From Pristiophorus japonicus (Eukaryota): DNA of 64,000 bases. Under the pieces are notes generated by a model. It saw nothing but the letters and a program-made list of their open reading frames with translations, was not told where the DNA came from and did no database searches. Positions 60,560 through 64,000 of this stretch are shown piece by piece (within the stretch, counting starts at the first letter, position 1; each line of letters begins with the position of its first letter). The stretch covers positions 208,382,001 through 208,446,000 of the forward strand of contig NC_091978.1 of NCBI RefSeq assembly GCF_044704955.1, given 5' to 3'. The translations under genes were made by a program, and so were the position numbers.

Positions 60560-63500
60560 ATAGGATTACATAGGATATAAAAGATAGAAACCAGTCATTC
60601 GGTCAAACCAGTCCATGCCAGTGTTTATGCTCCAGCTGAGTCTCCTCCCATCTTTCCTCATTTAACCCTATCAGCAAAACCTATTCCCTTCTCCCTCATA
60701 TGCTTATCTAACCACCCCTTAAATGCATCTATACTATTTGCTTCAACCACTCCCTGTGGCAGGTAGAGTGTTCCACATTCTCACCACTCTGGGTAAAGAC
60801 ATTTCTTCTAAATTCCCTATTTGATTTTTTGGAGACTATCTTATATTGATGGCCTCTTATTTTCTCTCTCTATCAAAATGTTTCATCATTTTAAAGATCT
60901 CTATTAGGTCACGCCTCAGCTTTCGCTTTTCAAGAGAAAAGAGACCCAGCCTATTCATCCTTTCCTGCTAGTACACTCTCCCATTTCTGGTATCATCCTT
61001 GTAAATCTTTTTTGCATCCTCTCCAGTGCCTCTATATCCTTTTTATAATATGGTGACCAGAATTGTACACAATACTCCAAATTTGGTCTCACCAACATTT
61101 GATACAAGTTTAGCATAACTTCTCTACTTTTAATTCAATCCCTCTAGAAATAAACCCTCATGTTTGGTTTGCTTTAAAAAAAAATGGCCTTGTTAACCTG
61201 TGTCGTTGCGTTTAGTGATTTGTGTATTTGCACTGAGATCCCTTTGCTTTTCAATCCCATTTGTATCAGAGTTTTCCAAGGAATACGCGACCTCCCTATT
61301 TTTCTTACTAAAATGTATTACCTCACATTTATCTGTGTTGAATTTCATTTGCCAATTATTTGTCCATTCTGCAAGTTTATTAACGTTTTCTTGTAATTTG
61401 TGCAGTCCTCTTCAGTATTGACTACCCCCCCAATTTGATATCATCTGCAAATTTAGAAATTGTGTTTTTGATTCCAAAGTCTAAATCGTTTATATAAATT
61501 GTGAACAACAGTGGTCCCAGCCTTGATCCTTATGGAACACCACTTCCCATCTTCTGCCACTCTGAATAGCTAGTCTTTACCCCCACTCTCTGCTGTCTGT
61601 CTGGAAGCCAGCTAGCTATCCATTCTGCTACTTGTCCCTTGACTCCACATTCTCGGAATGTATTTATTAGTCTATTATGTGGTACCTTATCGAAGGCCTT
61701 TTGAAAATTTAAATAAATTGCATCTACTCTCTCTGTTATCTCTTCAAATAATTCAATGGGGTTGGTCAAGCAAAATTTTCCCTCTTGAAATCCATGCTGA
61801 CTATTCATTATTATATTTTTGGTTTCTGGATGGTCTTCTATTTTCACCTTTAGTAGGGATTCCATTATTTGTCCTACCACTGATGTTAAGCTGACTTGTC
61901 TATAGTTTCCTGGACTTTTGTATCCCCCTTCTTAAATAACGTTAGCTATCTGCCAATCCTTTGGCACTGCACCTTTTTCTTACCAAGTATCAAATGTGTT
62001 GTAATGCCTCTGCTATCTCTTCCCTAGATTCTTTTAAAATGCACAGACGTAAATACGTCCAGACCAGGGGTTTTATCCTCTTTGAGTTTGATTAGTTTAT
62101 TAATATTTCTCTTTTAAAATTTTAAATGCAGTTATCTAATTTCTAATCTCATCATCTGATGTCATGTCCATCTGTTTTTTCTCCCTGGTAAATACTGAAG
62201 CAAAGTAATTATTTAATATTTCTGCTATCTCTCCATCGCTGTCTGTGATATTATCCTGTCCATCCTTTCGTGGCCCTATTCCCAGCCCGAATTTCCTTTT
62301 TTGTATTTATGTGCCTGTAAATTTTTTACTATTTTGTTTTACGTTCCTTGATAATTTAATTGCAGTTCCAGTTTGCCTTTCTAATTGTTTTTTTCATTAT
62401 TTCCCTCCTAATCTCTTCATATTCTCTCTGGTCATGCTCTCCCCTGCTGTCCATGTACTTAGTGTATGGCCCTTTCCTTAACCTAAATTTTACCCTCGAG
62501 TTTTTATTCATCTATGGTATCTCATTAATGTTTAGCTTGTTCTTGTTTTTTCGCAAAATGTATTTTTCCTGGACTCTGCTGAACACTATTTTAAATATTT
62601 CCCACTACTGTTCTACACCATTGTTTGCCAATATTGTTGTCCATTTTATTTTCCCAAGGTCTATTCTCAGCCACTGCAAAATCAGAATTTCTCCAACCTA
62701 TTACTCTGGTCTTCGTCATACTTATGTCCTTCTCAATTATTATCTTAGAGTATTATATTATGGTCACTATTGTCTTGATGTTCCCCTACTTTTACTTCTT
62801 TTATCTGCTCTGGCTCATTCCCCTCAACTAGATGCAATAGCAAATCCTCCCTTATTGGACTTCTTGCATACTGGACTAGAAAGGAGTCCTGTACAATTTG
62901 TAGGAACCCCATTCCCTTTTCCCCATTCTCATTACCTACCACTTCTGGCCAATTAATATTGGGGTAGTTGAAATCCCCCTTGATTATTTTATGTTTTTCA
63001 CTCATTGTCCTAATTTGTTTGCCGATTTCTTCCTCCAGCTCCCTTTCACTATTTGGTGATCTGTAGACTACCCCTATGAGTGTGATTGGTCCTTTATTAT
63101 CTTTTATCTCTATCCACATAGATTCTATTTTTGTCTTGCTGATAGCTGCATCACTTTTTTCTATTGCCATTATGTTATCCTTAATGAGTACAGTTACTCC
63201 ACCTCCCCTTTTCCCTCTCTAATCTTTCCTAACCCTGTAATGTTTAATTCCTAATCCTGATTTTTCTGTAGCCATGTCTCAGTAATCTCTACTATTTCTG
63301 GTTCCTTGCAATGTACTATTGCCTCCAGTTCCCGTTTTATTCCGAACACTGTGTGCATCGCTGTGTAGACAATTTAAACTCATTTTTAATAGCAGTTCCT
63401 CTCACTTTGTTAACCATCTTTTTACATCCCTGTTCTACAACCCTATTTATTCCCTGGCCATCTATGTCCATCCATCATTTAGTCCGTCTTATGCTCTCTT

Positions 63501-63712
63501 TTCCTGTTTTGTTTATATTTAAGCTTGTTTCATTTCTTGTAGATCACTCCCTGTCTTACTAGTTTAAAGCCTTTGCCACCTCCCTATTTCCCTTTCAGCT
63601 AGGACAAGGGTCCCATCCCGGTTCAGGTGGAGTTCCATCTGTTCATCTTCCTTTCGCAGTACTGGTGCCAGTGTCCCATGAAAAGGAACCCCTCCTTCCC
63701 ACACCAGCCATT
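60560..63712 (-). mobile_element. Near-complete decayed CR1 (end of ORF1, APE endonuclease, RT, 3' UTR)
   Basis: LHLNRDGT.VLA; ESMWIEI..TLIGVVYRSP..GDFNYPNINW..SDHNII; FQKAFDKVPH; SGVP. Confidence 0.88.
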
Positions 63713-64000
63713 TTGAATAGCAATGCAAGGTACAAAAGACAAGACTATACATGTCCAGCTTTTAGGTCATCATATTAGACACTGCTGCCTAACCCAGGCA
63801 TACAGATAATCTTGTGTACTGGAGGCAATATTGCTGCTAGAACATAAAAAGCAGCATGGTTTGATTTTCTCCAAATTTCATCTGCTGCAGGGAACAGCAA
63901 GTCCATTTATCCCACCCACCACTGCCCTATGTCGGTTCAATAATCCCTGTCCCTTAAAGCCTCCCCGATGAAGTGCAACATCCCCACCAACGCCTGGGAG

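Noticed and set aside
62360-62956. 198-aa hydrophobic, membrane-protein-like ORF
   Set aside because: It is the antisense reading of an A-rich CR1 ORF2.

Overview
Eukaryotic vertebrate DNA, not prokaryotic. The repeat families (CR1, L2, Deu-domain SINE, LF-SINE-like, Penelope) suggest a cartilaginous fish; this is inference. The one host gene I can support is NCAPG (condensin I subunit G). Its last five coding exons lie on the minus strand (60531-60364, 58418-58292, 34441-34334, 34082-34001, 29166-29040), with consistent splice phases, a GC-AG last intron and a ~24 kb TE-packed intron. Most of the rest is transposable-element sequence. Positions 1-15170 form a reconstructable nest: a hAT transposase gene split by a Tx1-like LINE (which contains a Mag-type Gypsy) and by a second Mag-type Gypsy (which contains a 1482-bp retrovirus-like solo LTR with a 4-bp TSD). 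Other notable signals are CTCF-like and paired EBF-like motifs in the Gypsy LTRs, a ~75-bp target duplication around an RTE, an 88-bp near-perfect inverted duplication of an LF-SINE-like segment, and inverted CR1s tightly flanking an NCAPG exon. No rRNA, tRNA or CRISPR was found. Family names come from recalled motifs, not database searches, and unmarked TE boundaries are approximate.
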